The position numbers and the translations under genes are program-made. 64,000 nucleotides of DNA from Ignavibacteriales bacterium (GTDB lineage Bacteria; Bacteroidota; Ignavibacteria; UBA10030; SZUA-254), in NCBI GenBank assembly GCA_016214905.1, contig JACRMQ010000006.1, positions 321,008 through 385,007 on the forward strand, in the 5' to 3' direction. The notes under the pieces are model-generated. The model had not been told where the DNA came from. It was given only the letters and a program-made list of their open reading frames with translations, and ran no database searches. Shown piece by piece: positions 9,735 to 19,014 of this stretch (the first letter of the stretch is position 1; every line of letters starts with the position of its first letter).

Positions 9735-12101
9735 ATGAAAAATGCAAGATTACTGCTTTTAATCTTCCTTGTTTTATTGCCCGCAATCGTTTATTCGCAG
9801 ATTCCACGGACAATATCATACCAAGGTGTTCTAACGGATGATTTAGGTAATCCGAAACCGAACGGACGATATTTATTTACCTTCAAATTGTATGACGTCA
9901 GTTCAGGAGGAGTGGCGCTTTGGACTCAGGCAGAAAGTCTTCAAGTAGAAAGAGGTCTATTTAGCTCTCTATTAGGACAAACACCTTTCGGTCCCTCCAT
10001 GTTATTTGATAAACAATATTGGTTAGGAATTCAAGTAAATGCTGATCTGGAACTTGCTCCTCGAGTTAAACTCTCCTCGGTTGGTTATAGCTTGAATTCG
10101 GCACATGCCGATACAGCTGAATATTCTCGTGTTGCACCGTCGGGTGGTGTAGCAGACAGCGCCAGAATCGCCGGAACAATTCCAAATAACAGTATTACCA
10201 GCGCAAAGATATTAAACGGCACAGTTCAGTTTGCAGACATTGCTCAAAATGGTGCCGCCGTCGATCAGATTATGAAATGGAACGGTGTTATCTGGACACC
10301 GAGGAATGACTCTGTTGGTACTTTAGGAGTCAGCAGTCAATGGACAACACTCGGCTCCGATATTTATTATAACCTTGGTAATGTTGGTATTGGTGATACA
10401 AACTATCCTAGTTACAAATTAGATGTATTACATACTGGATCAACGGGTATCCGGAGCCGTTCGAGCGCCAGTTTCTCAGTTGTTGATATAGATGCATTTA
10501 GTGGTGATGCTGCATTACGATTTCAGAAAGCCGGTATTGGCCAGTGGAATATCCGCAACCGCCCCAGTGACGATTATCTTGAAATATTTGAATTAGGCGG
10601 TGGTGGCAGTCGTATGGTAATACAGGATGCAACAGGAAATGTCGGGATCGGTGAAACCACAGCACCATCTTACAAATTAGATGTATTGCACGCTGGTTCA
10701 ACAGGTATCCGCAGCAGATCAAGTGCATCCTTCTCAGTCGTTGATATTGATGCAAATTCTGGCGACGCCGCATTACGTTTTGCTAAGGCTGGAGTTAACC
10801 AGTGGAATATTCGTAATCGTCCCGGTGATGATTATTTAGAAATATTTGAATTAGGTGGCGGCGGAAGTCGTATGGTGATCCAGGACGCGACCGGTAATGT
10901 CGGTATTGGTGAAACTACTTCACCGTCTTACAAATTGGATGTATTGCATGGTGGTTCAACAGGTGCTCGTATCAAATCATCATCCAGTTTCTCTGTCGTT
11001 GATATTGATGCCGCAAGTGGCGATGCAGCATTACGTTTCCAGAAAGCTGGTGTCAACATGTGGAACATCCGCAACCGTCCCAGTGATGATAATTTAGAAA
11101 TATTTGAATTAGGTGGCGGAGGAAGTCGTGTTGTAATTGAGGATTCTACAGGATTTTTCGGAATAAATACTAGTAATCCTACGGCTCAATTAGAGGTTAC
11201 GGCAGGTGCTACCAGAGGTATATATGGAACGTCAAGTATTTTATCTAATATAGATGGAGCCGTATATGGTAATAATACTGCAGGTCCTACTGCAGCGCTT
11301 GCAACACAGAATAATGGTATATACGCACATAGCACTGTAAGCGGTGGAGCCGCTGTTTTTGGGGACAATGGTTATAGTAATACTGTTGGATATGCAGGAT
11401 ATTTTGCAGGTCGTGTACACGTTAGCGGAACACTTTCAAAATCTGCCGGTTCTTTTAAAATCGACCATCCTATCGATCCAGAAAACAAATATCTTTCTCA
11501 CAGCTTCGTGGAAAGTCCGGATATGATGAATATTTACAATGGCAATATTGTAACAGATGCTACCGGTAAAGCCGTGGTATCACTGCCGGAGTATTTTGAA
11601 GCATTGAATATGGATTATCGTTATCAATTGACAGCCATTGGCTCTTTTGCTCAAGCAATCATTTCGAAAAAAGTACAGAATAACCAGTTTGAAATTGCAA
11701 CCAGTCTTCCCAATGTTGAGGTAAGCTGGCAGGTAACAGGTATCCGTAATGATGCTTATGCCAAGAAAAATCGTATTCCGAATGTTGAAGATAAAGAATC
11801 GGTGAACAGAGGTAAGTATTTAAATCCTGAGTCATTCAATTTACCGGCAACCCGAGGCATTGACTTTGCAGGTCAGACGGATGGATCCGTCTCGCAAACT
11901 CAAACGACCTCTATTCCGCAGCAGACTCAGCAAACAGTTATCGAAACCGGCGGCAGTCTAGATCAGGCGCCTGCGACTCAAACAGTTCCGAAATCAGTTG
12001 AGAACTCAGGAAGCGTTGCTAATACCGATGCAGTAAAGGCAGTAACAAAACCTGCTGATAACTCGGGCAGTGTTCTTGATACTCCGAATGATAAACGTTA
12101 A
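9735..12101 (+). CDS. Secreted tail-fibre-like repeat protein with an S/T/Q-rich C-terminal tail
   Basis: 788 aa with signal peptide MKNARLLLLIFLVLLPAIVYSQ. N-terminal segments resemble phage tail fibres (…ITSAKILNGTVQFADIA…). Three tandem 86-aa repeats follow (SYKLDVLH.GSTGIRSRSSASFSVVDIDA.SGDAALRF.KAG..WNIRNRP.DD.LEIFELGGGGSR.VI.D.TG). A conserved globular C-terminal block (FKIDHPIDPENKYLSHSFVESPDMMNIYNGNIVTDATGKAV) precedes a low-complexity tail. Confidence 0.75.
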   Translation: MKNARLLLLIFLVLLPAIVYSQIPRTISYQGVLTDDLGNPKPNGRYLFTFKLYDVSSGGVALWTQAESLQVERGLFSSLLGQTPFGPSMLFDKQYWLGIQVNADLELAPRVKLSSVGYSLNSAHADTAEYSRVAPSGGVADSARIAGTIPNNSITSAKILNGTVQFADIAQNGAAVDQIMKWNGVIWTPRNDSVGTLGVSSQWTTLGSDIYYNLGNVGIGDTNYPSYKLDVLHTGSTGIRSRSSASFSVVDIDAFSGDAALRFQKAGIGQWNIRNRPSDDYLEIFELGGGGSRMVIQDATGNVGIGETTAPSYKLDVLHAGSTGIRSRSSASFSVVDIDANSGDAALRFAKAGVNQWNIRNRPGDDYLEIFELGGGGSRMVIQDATGNVGIGETTSPSYKLDVLHGGSTGARIKSSSSFSVVDIDAASGDAALRFQKAGVNMWNIRNRPSDDNLEIFELGGGGSRVVIEDSTGFFGINTSNPTAQLEVTAGATRGIYGTSSILSNIDGAVYGNNTAGPTAALATQNNGIYAHSTVSGGAAVFGDNGYSNTVGYAGYFAGRVHVSGTLSKSAGSFKIDHPIDPENKYLSHSFVESPDMMNIYNGNIVTDATGKAVVSLPEYFEALNMDYRYQLTAIGSFAQAIISKKVQNNQFEIATSLPNVEVSWQVTGIRNDAYAKKNRIPNVEDKESVNRGKYLNPESFNLPATRGIDFAGQTDGSVSQTQTTSIPQQTQQTVIETGGSLDQAPATQTVPKSVENSGSVANTDAVKAVTKPADNSGSVLDTPNDKR
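10405..11180 (+). repeat. 3 x 258-bp in-frame tandem repeat inside CDS 9735-12101
   Basis: The anchor 'tacaaattagatgtattgca' recurs at 10413, 10671 and 10929, giving a period of exactly 258 bp. The encoded 86-aa units are ~90% identical, while the DNA copies are only ~75% identical with mostly synonymous differences. Confidence 0.85.
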
Positions 12102-12133
12102 TTCTGTTGACAACTCATAAACGAGGTGATGTC

Positions 12134-12688
12134 ATGAAAATAAATTATTCAAATAAAAATATAAGGCGGGCGGTAATATTGCTGCCGCTCTGCCTGATGC
12201 TCTTATTAAATTTTGCTCTTTCACAAAACGCTAAGATCACATGGTCGTCGTTCAATATGGGATTTGCAAAATCTCAAACCACGAACACGATGGTCAGTTC
12301 TGTTGTTGGACAGAATTTTGTAGGAACATCGATACAAGGAAACACTGAAGTTGTAAGCGGATTTTTGGCGGATACTTTATTCAGAGGAACAGTAGTTGCA
12401 GTTAAAGAAAATGAAGAATTACCTGCAAAATACTCACTCGAACAAAATTATCCGAATCCGTTCAACCCGTCTACAACAGTTCAATTCAGTATTGTTAATA
12501 CTCAATTGACAGTGCTGAAAGTGTACGATGTACTCGGTAAAGAGGTAGTGACCTTGATAAACGAGGTGAAGCCACCCGGTGCGTACACCGTAAGATGGGA
12601 CGCGGTTGGATATCCGAGCGGTGTTTATTATTACCGCTTACAGGCAGGAAATTTCATCGAAACTAAGAAATTAATTTTGATGAAGTAA
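12134..12688 (+). CDS. Small T9SS cargo protein (type A C-terminal sorting domain)
   Basis: An ATG at 12134 is preceded by GAGGTG. The ORF track starts earlier, at TTG 12107. Signal peptide MKINYSNKNIRRAVILLPLCLMLLLNFALSQ. The C-terminal LEQNYPNPFNPSTTVQF…KVYDVLGKEVVTL…GVYYYRLQAGNF is a T9SS CTD. Confidence 0.75.
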   Translation: MKINYSNKNIRRAVILLPLCLMLLLNFALSQNAKITWSSFNMGFAKSQTTNTMVSSVVGQNFVGTSIQGNTEVVSGFLADTLFRGTVVAVKENEELPAKYSLEQNYPNPFNPSTTVQFSIVNTQLTVLKVYDVLGKEVVTLINEVKPPGAYTVRWDAVGYPSGVYYYRLQAGNFIETKKLILMK

Positions 12689-12715
12689 CCAGCTTCATTA
12701 TCTCATAAACATAAC

Positions 12716-12750
12716 GGCTCACGCACCAACGTGAGCCGTTTTTATTTTTA
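12716..12750 (+). terminator. Rho-independent terminator
   Basis: Hairpin GGCTCACG-caccaa-CGTGAGCC followed by TTTTTATTTTTA, immediately after the stop of the 12134-12688 gene. Confidence 0.7.
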
Positions 12751-12934
12751 TTCAACCGAATAAAATACTGAGAGGGATATCCGCAAGGAGCAGGCATGTC
12801 TTTCTTCCAACCACTTGCGGAATTATTCAAATTATCCAGTATTTTTTATCTATTAAATCGATTTCTTGACATTATCTAACCTAAATCAGTATATTGAACT
12901 GGGATGCACAAACTTAAAGACAAGTCGGAATTAT

Positions 12935-14344
12935 ATGAGGAATGGAACAATGAATAATATTTATACTAAGTTCACGTGGGTGGTTTTATGCTTTATCGCT
13001 GTTGCATCTCTTAATGCGCAACCGAAGTACAGAACTTTCAGCCAATTCTCTTTAAGCGAGAAGAAAGCAAAAGCCGGTAAAGTTCTCAGCAGTAATTCGT
13101 CTTTTGTTTTTGGAAATGATGTTAGCGGAATAACTGTAAATGGTTTACATGCCCGGTTTAATTCCGCGATAATTGGTATCCTCGATTCAGGTGGTTTCAC
13201 ATCAATTGTAATTGGTGATAAAAGAAAAACAATCACCGCGAGCGGGCGGACAATTGCTGCAGGTGATTCTGTGATACTTACATTCAATCTGGAAAAGAAA
13301 GCTCCGGGCGCTCAGGCAAATTTCTGGTGGTGGGAACTGGATGGTAGTATGATCGGTGATAAACGCGAAGGACTTGCCGGTACTTTCGAAGGTATCTCAA
13401 TCCAACCTAATGGCGGTAACTTACTTGAATTTATTTACAAACGAATTGTACATCGTCCTCAGGGGATTGTTGTTGGAATGATGACCGATACAAATGATGT
13501 GGGGCGGATCAGATACAAAACAGCTGATCGAAAATTTTTCCCCCACTCGGGCGTAGCGCGTTGCTTTGATCGGATTAGCACCGGTTCTGCCATCACGCGT
13601 CCGTTCAATCGCGAATTGAAGAATCCGCATGTTAAAAAACATAATAACCATTTGCTGGGCGAAGTTCACGCGTTGAAACTTGCAGTGATTGCAAACGACT
13701 CCGGCGCAACTCAGCCCTTAGATACAACAGCATTGGGTGATTTAATATATAATGATCTCGGTAACCCAAGCGATCCGGGAAATGGATTAACGATCCGGCA
13801 ACTGATTTACCTCGTCGATTCTGCCCTTACATATTGCGACCATTTTGATTTGAATCCCGAAATTTACGCGAAGCTCGATACATGCGTCAGCAGAATCAAC
13901 CGTGCGTTTGATGGAGATTATATTGCTGTAAGCTTATTCCCGTTTGTCGTTGCAGGAACTCACTCAGTTGATGAATATTCATTCATTCATCCGAATCCCG
14001 CGGCGGCTCCGTTTACCAGACGTTCACACGATTATTCAATGTTGGATCAGCAGCCCGAACAAATTTCCTTATTACAGAATTACCCGAATCCCTTCAATCC
14101 GACTACAACGATCTCCTTCTCAATTGCTCAGGAGGGACGTGTTACATTGAAAGTATACAATATGCTTGGTCAGAATGTAGCCACGTTGCTGAATAACGAA
14201 GTTATTGATGAAGGTGAGCAGGAAATTGAATTTGACGCATCATCGCTGACAAGCGGTGTTTATTTATACAGAGTTGAAGTAACCGACATATCCAATCCCA
14301 CAAAGATGTTCACGCAAGTGAACAAAATGTTATTGGTTAAATAG
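12935..14344 (+). CDS. Secreted hypothetical protein with T9SS type A C-terminal sorting domain
   Basis: Signal peptide MNNIYTKFTWVVLCFIAVASLNAQ, with candidate start Met at 12935 or 12950. The C-terminal LLQNYPNPFNPTTTISF…KVYNMLGQNVATL…GVYLYRVEV is a T9SS CTD. The central ~350 aa match nothing I recognise. Confidence 0.7.
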   Translation: MRNGTMNNIYTKFTWVVLCFIAVASLNAQPKYRTFSQFSLSEKKAKAGKVLSSNSSFVFGNDVSGITVNGLHARFNSAIIGILDSGGFTSIVIGDKRKTITASGRTIAAGDSVILTFNLEKKAPGAQANFWWWELDGSMIGDKREGLAGTFEGISIQPNGGNLLEFIYKRIVHRPQGIVVGMMTDTNDVGRIRYKTADRKFFPHSGVARCFDRISTGSAITRPFNRELKNPHVKKHNNHLLGEVHALKLAVIANDSGATQPLDTTALGDLIYNDLGNPSDPGNGLTIRQLIYLVDSALTYCDHFDLNPEIYAKLDTCVSRINRAFDGDYIAVSLFPFVVAGTHSVDEYSFIHPNPAAAPFTRRSHDYSMLDQQPEQISLLQNYPNPFNPTTTISFSIAQEGRVTLKVYNMLGQNVATLLNNEVIDEGEQEIEFDASSLTSGVYLYRVEVTDISNPTKMFTQVNKMLLVK

Positions 14345-14395
14345 ACTGACTATTCATCAATCCCAACGCACGGATTGATATGTTGCTTATACAAC

Positions 14396-14430
14396 GGCTC
14401 GCGCACCAACGTGAGCCGTTTTTATTTTTA
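14396..14430 (+). terminator. Rho-independent terminator (second copy of the same 39-bp element)
   Basis: GGCTCGCG-caccaa-CGTGAGCC + TTTTTATTTTTA. It is identical to 12716-12750 except for one base that becomes a G·U pair. Confidence 0.7.
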
Positions 14431-14689
14431 CTCAGCAAATCCCAAGACTGGGATGGAGATCTTCTCCCGACCATATTAAAAATGGTTATCTGTTTGTCGC
14501 AAAGTACATAAATTACCGACAAATCTTTTTCATGAACAAATATGAACTTTTTGTATATGCAACCTTGTGAAGTGTACATCCACTATCTATATCAACCTTG
14601 GCAAGGTTATCTAGTTGGAACAAATTCCTATAAAATAGCTGTTCTCTCTTCAGTAAATAACCTCATCAATCTTAATCACACAACAGCTT

Positions 14690-15775
14690 ATGAGTATGCC
14701 AATCATTTTAATTTTATTAATATTAGTCCTTTCTGCTTCGTGCAATAGCGAAAATAAATCTCAAAATACTCACGCTGCCAAGATCGAACAAAATATTGGC
14801 GTTGTTGTGGGAGATACAATCCTTGGGAAGGGGAAAGAGATCTGGTCTATTTATCAAGACACAAAAGAGAATTACTGGTTCGCGGTTGAGGGACGAGGTG
14901 TATGCCGTTACGATGGGAAAGTGATACAAAACTTTACGGAGAAAGATGGCTTGTGCAGTAATTTTGTCCGGAGTATACAGGAAGATAGAGCAGGCAATAT
15001 CTGGTTCGGCACACGTGATGGTGTCTGTTTTTTTGATGGAAAAACTTTCAGAACTGTAAATCTTAGCAGCGCCCCGAAAGAAAAAATCTTTCACGGCATT
15101 TTTAAAAATAGAAAGGGAGACCTCTACTTCGGTGCGAGGGATGGAGTTCATCACTATGATGGAATATCTTTTACATTTTTACCTTTGCCGTTAGATGAAA
15201 TTGATTTAAAAATGCGTCGTGAACAACCCTCCTATCAGCATACCGCATACTCGGTTTACAGCATACTCGAAGATAAAGATGGTGTTCTATGGTTCGGCAC
15301 AGAGACTAAGGGCGTCTATAGATACGACGGGAATTCATTTTCGCGTATCAATAATGAAGAGTTGAATGCACCCATCCGTACAATTTATCAGGATAAGAAA
15401 GGGAACTATTGGTTCGGGAATAATGGCAGTGGGTTATTCCATTACGACGGAAAAATCTTGACCAATATTACAAAAGAGAAAAGTTTGAGCAATCCTGCGT
15501 TCAGAAAAAGTTTGAAAGGGAAAGAAGGAACACTTGCCCGTGCCTGGACAATCAACGAAGATAACGACGGCAACCTCTGGATAGGAACAATCGATGCAGG
15601 TGTTTGGCGTTATGACGAAGAAAAATTAACGAACTACACGGTCAAAGATGGACTGACGAGCAATGCAATCTGGACTATTTATAAAGACCGGAAAGGGGAG
15701 TTATTGATTGGAACATTAGGCGGAGGGATTTGCAGGTTCGACGGAAAGAGGTTTACACCGTTCAGTTTTAAATAA
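14690..15775 (+). CDS. Lipoprotein with two-component-regulator propeller (Reg_prop) repeats, with no kinase or other effector domain
   Basis: Lipobox LSASC. At least 7 repeats of the Reg_prop pattern (NYWFAVEGRGVCRYDGK, NIWFGTRDGVCFFDGKTF, DLYFGARDGVHHYDGISF, VLWFGTETKGVYRYDGNSF, NYWFGNNGSGLFHYDGK, NLWIGTIDAGVWRYDEEKL, ELLIGTLGGGICRFDGKRF). Confidence 0.75.
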   Translation: MSMPIILILLILVLSASCNSENKSQNTHAAKIEQNIGVVVGDTILGKGKEIWSIYQDTKENYWFAVEGRGVCRYDGKVIQNFTEKDGLCSNFVRSIQEDRAGNIWFGTRDGVCFFDGKTFRTVNLSSAPKEKIFHGIFKNRKGDLYFGARDGVHHYDGISFTFLPLPLDEIDLKMRREQPSYQHTAYSVYSILEDKDGVLWFGTETKGVYRYDGNSFSRINNEELNAPIRTIYQDKKGNYWFGNNGSGLFHYDGKILTNITKEKSLSNPAFRKSLKGKEGTLARAWTINEDNDGNLWIGTIDAGVWRYDEEKLTNYTVKDGLTSNAIWTIYKDRKGELLIGTLGGGICRFDGKRFTPFSFK

Positions 15776-15790
15776 TGGAGTGGGTTTGTT

Positions 15791-16999
15791 TTGAGTGGGG
15801 AGAAATATTACATTGTTTCGCTAAGATGCAGTGCCCCGATGTCGGATAAAACAAAAAAATATTCACTCCACCCCCATATCATCATTATGATGATCATATC
15901 TTGCCTGGGATTTGTAAAAGCCCAAGATACCGAAACTCTTATCTTGAAATATGCAGCATCCAAATACGATACGATTATTTATAAACGAGTAATTGAGCTC
16001 GATAAGAACAACAAAATGTATCATGTGAGAGATTATTTTGAAAACGGACAGATTCAAATGGATGCTTTCTATAGCTCATTTGACAAGAACATAAAAGAGG
16101 AAAGTCAGTGTAATTACCATTCAAATACAAAAGAGGGAAAATACACGGAATGGCATGAAAACGGACAGATTGAATTTACAGGGAATTATAAAAACGGACT
16201 TCACAATGGACTATGCACGAGCTGGTATAAAGATGGACGAAAGGAAGCAGAAGAGAATTGGCTAAACGGACAATTACATGGTAGAACAAAATATTGGACA
16301 GAAAAAGGAGATCTGCAATTTGATTTAACATTCGACCATGGTATAAATCAAAATCCCAAGAATGTAAGATATCATTATTTATCATATACGCCGAAAGATT
16401 ATAATACAGATACTTTAAAGAGATTACCCCTTATAATTTATTTGCATGGAGGTTCACGCCGGGGAACTGATTTAAAGAAATTGTATGCCGATGGAATCCC
16501 TGACCAGATATACAGGGGGAGAGAATTTCCTTTTATAATTATCGTCCCGCAATGTCCCGAACATATCAGATGGTCAACTGATAATTGGTTTGAAAATCTT
16601 TATAAAGAAGTAACCGATAAATATAGAATTGATACAAACAGAGTTTATCTAACCGGCTTCAGTTTAGGAGGGGCAGGTACATGGTATATCGCCGCAAAGT
16701 ATCCCGATAAGTTTGCAGCGATTGCCCCAATGAGCGGTTTTACAAGCCACATTGATTACATAGATAATAATATTGATAAGCTGAATAATATACCGATATG
16801 GGCTTTTCATGGAAAGATAGATAATGTGGTTCCATTTGAAGAAACAGAAAGAGTAATTAAGAAACTGGAAGGAAAAAACAAAGAGTTGAGATTTTCAGTT
16901 GAACATGAAGTAGGGCATTGGATCAATTGGTTAGTTTATCCAAATCAGGCATTGTATGATTGGTTTTTACAGTATGATAAAAGAATGAAAAAACAATGA
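15791..16999 (+). CDS. Fusion of MORN-variant (YwqK-like) repeats with an alpha/beta-hydrolase (carboxylesterase/phospholipase-type) domain
   Basis: YwqK/MORN-variant repeats (YFENGQIQMDAFY; WHENGQIEFTGNYKNGLHNGLCTSWYKDGRKEAEENWLNGQLHGRTKYWTEKGD). The C-terminal half carries a GxSxG nucleophile elbow (LTGFSLGGAGTW) and an HGG oxyanion motif (IIYLHGGS). The true start is uncertain: 15791, or an internal Met near the short signal-like segment MMIISCLGFVKAQ. Confidence 0.6.
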   Translation: MSGEKYYIVSLRCSAPMSDKTKKYSLHPHIIIMMIISCLGFVKAQDTETLILKYAASKYDTIIYKRVIELDKNNKMYHVRDYFENGQIQMDAFYSSFDKNIKEESQCNYHSNTKEGKYTEWHENGQIEFTGNYKNGLHNGLCTSWYKDGRKEAEENWLNGQLHGRTKYWTEKGDLQFDLTFDHGINQNPKNVRYHYLSYTPKDYNTDTLKRLPLIIYLHGGSRRGTDLKKLYADGIPDQIYRGREFPFIIIVPQCPEHIRWSTDNWFENLYKEVTDKYRIDTNRVYLTGFSLGGAGTWYIAAKYPDKFAAIAPMSGFTSHIDYIDNNIDKLNNIPIWAFHGKIDNVVPFEETERVIKKLEGKNKELRFSVEHEVGHWINWLVYPNQALYDWFLQYDKRMKKQ

Positions 17000-17143
17000 G
17001 CATTAAAGCAATTATTTTCGGTGCAACGGGTATGGTGGCAGGAGAATATTCTGGATACGTTGGATAAGAGAGTTATATAAATTTACCCGGCACAATAGTT
17101 GGAACGAGCGGGTTATTATTAAATAATATCATAGGATTGCAAC

Positions 17144-17593
17144 ATGACTATCAAAGCTAAAACACCAAAAGAATATATAGCACAACTTCCCGACGACAGA
17201 AAAAAAGCGATTGAGTCGCTGCGTAAAGTGATACTAAAAAATCTTCCAAAAGGATTTTCGGAAACTATCAGTTACGGAATGATCGGGTATGTTGTACCAC
17301 ATACAATTTATCCGGGTGGTTATCATTGTAATCCGATCCAGCCGCTTCCGTTTATCGCAATAGCTTCACAGAAAAATCATATCGCGTTGTATCATATGGC
17401 TCTGTACGCAGATAAAAAATTATTAGATTGGTTCCGAAAAGGATATCCGAAAGATCCCAAGCTCGATATGGGTAAAAGCTGCGTCAGATTCAAAAAAATA
17501 GAAAATATTCCGTTGGAACTCATCGGAAAATTGGTAAAAAAGGTGAGTGTGAAGGATTGGATTAAATTATATGAATCATGCTTAAAAAATTAA
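17144..17593 (+). CDS. DUF1801 (YdhG/YdeI-like) domain protein
   Basis: 149 aa. N-terminal KTPKEYIAQLPDDRKKAIESLRKVILKNLPKGFSETISYGMIGY matches the DUF1801 pattern. Confidence 0.6.
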   Translation: MTIKAKTPKEYIAQLPDDRKKAIESLRKVILKNLPKGFSETISYGMIGYVVPHTIYPGGYHCNPIQPLPFIAIASQKNHIALYHMALYADKKLLDWFRKGYPKDPKLDMGKSCVRFKKIENIPLELIGKLVKKVSVKDWIKLYESCLKN

Positions 17594-17681
17594 TTTATCC
17601 ATCCATCCCGGGAGATTTGGTTGAGATTGCCTCTCATCCATTTTTTTCGTAATATTAGCCAATCAAAATATCTATGCATAA

Positions 17682-18506
17682 ATGATTAAATCAGAGAATT
17701 TAGTGATTGGAAGCGGTAATCGGTTAATGCTTATTGCCGGTCCGTGTGTTGTTGAAGGACGTGAGATTACCCTGAAGACCGCCGCCCGTCTTCAAAAACT
17801 TACCCACAAATATCAAATACCGTTCATTTTTAAATCTTCTTATAAAAAAGCCAATAGAACGAGCGGGAAATCTTTTTCAACCTTAGGATTGGATGAAGCA
17901 TTAGCAATTCTTTCGGAGATAAAAAATAATCTTGGAGTTCCAATACTAACGGATATTCATACCGAAAGTGAAATTGAAGCGGTGGTGGGAGTAGCTGATA
18001 TATTACAAATCCCCGCTTTTCTTTGCAGGCAGACCGAGCTTTTGCAAGCGGCCGGACGCAGCGGTAAAGTAGTGAATATCAAAAAAGGACAATTCATGGC
18101 GCCCGAAGATATGAAACATCAAGCGCGAAAAGTTGAATCGACCGGAAATAAAAAAGTTATGCTTACTGAACGCGGCGCTTCGTTCGGTTACCATAATCTT
18201 GTGGTCGATATGCGATCGTTGACGATCATGCGTTCGCTCGGTTATCCTGTGATACTCGATGCAACGCATTCTGTTCAACTGCCGGGTGCGGGGAAAAATC
18301 AAACCGCAGGTCAACCCGAATTTATTTTCCCGATCGCGCGCGCGGGTGTCGCGGTTGGTATAGATGGATTGTTCATTGAAACTCATCCCGATCCGAAACG
18401 TGCTTTGAGTGATTCGGGCAGTCAGCTCAAATTAGATTTGTTGGAAGATTTACTGAAACAAATAATTCCTATCGATAATATTGTGAAAGAAAAACTTGGC
18501 ATCTGA
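17682..18506 (+). CDS. kdsA: 3-deoxy-8-phosphooctulonate (KDO8P) synthase
   Basis: 274 aa. LMLIAGPCVVEG…FIFKSSYKKANRTS…LTDIHTESE are KdsA hallmarks. Confidence 0.85.
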   Translation: MIKSENLVIGSGNRLMLIAGPCVVEGREITLKTAARLQKLTHKYQIPFIFKSSYKKANRTSGKSFSTLGLDEALAILSEIKNNLGVPILTDIHTESEIEAVVGVADILQIPAFLCRQTELLQAAGRSGKVVNIKKGQFMAPEDMKHQARKVESTGNKKVMLTERGASFGYHNLVVDMRSLTIMRSLGYPVILDATHSVQLPGAGKNQTAGQPEFIFPIARAGVAVGIDGLFIETHPDPKRALSDSGSQLKLDLLEDLLKQIIPIDNIVKEKLGI

Positions 18507-19014
18507 AAAGAAAATATCGAAAGTACTTCAAAAGAAACTCAAACGTATTCGCATGGTTGTTCTCGACGTCGATGGAGTTTTAACCGACGGATCAATAATT
18601 TACGGTTCCGATGAAACCGAGTATAAGCGTTTTCATGTGCATGATGGATACGGGATATTCCGTTCGAGGAAAAAGGGATTGTTATTCTCTATTATTTCCG
18701 GCAGGGTATCAAAAGTAACTACAATCCGTGCGAAGCGTTTGGAAATAGCCGATGTTTTTCAAGGCGATGAAGACAAGGTCTCGGTGTTTCAGGAGATCAA
18801 GAAGAAATATAAACTTGAATACAACGAAGTATGTTTTATAGGTGATGATGAATTTGATTTACCGTTATTACGGAAAGTCGGCTTCAGCGCCGCACCTGCC
18901 GATGCAATGAAACGGGTGCGCAGCGAAGTTGATTATGTTACAAAAGCCGATGGTGGACGCGGAGCTGTGCGTGAAGTAATCGACTTAATCTTAGAGGCGA
19001 AGAAATTGTTATGA
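18496..19014 (+). CDS. kdsC: KDO 8-phosphate phosphatase (HAD superfamily)
   Basis: 172 aa. MVVLDVDGVLTDGSIIYG…FHVHDGYGI…CFIGDDEFDLPLL. Overlaps the kdsA stop. Confidence 0.8.
   Translation: MASEKKISKVLQKKLKRIRMVVLDVDGVLTDGSIIYGSDETEYKRFHVHDGYGIFRSRKKGLLFSIISGRVSKVTTIRAKRLEIADVFQGDEDKVSVFQEIKKKYKLEYNEVCFIGDDEFDLPLLRKVGFSAAPADAMKRVRSEVDYVTKADGGRGAVREVIDLILEAKKLL

Noticed and set aside
10498-11526. Minus- and plus-strand small ORFs (10498-10773, 10897-11097, 11186-11368, 11344-11526) inside the tail-fibre-like gene
   Set aside because: They are embedded in a long, repeat-supported reading frame on the + strand and are by-products of the in-frame tandem repeats.
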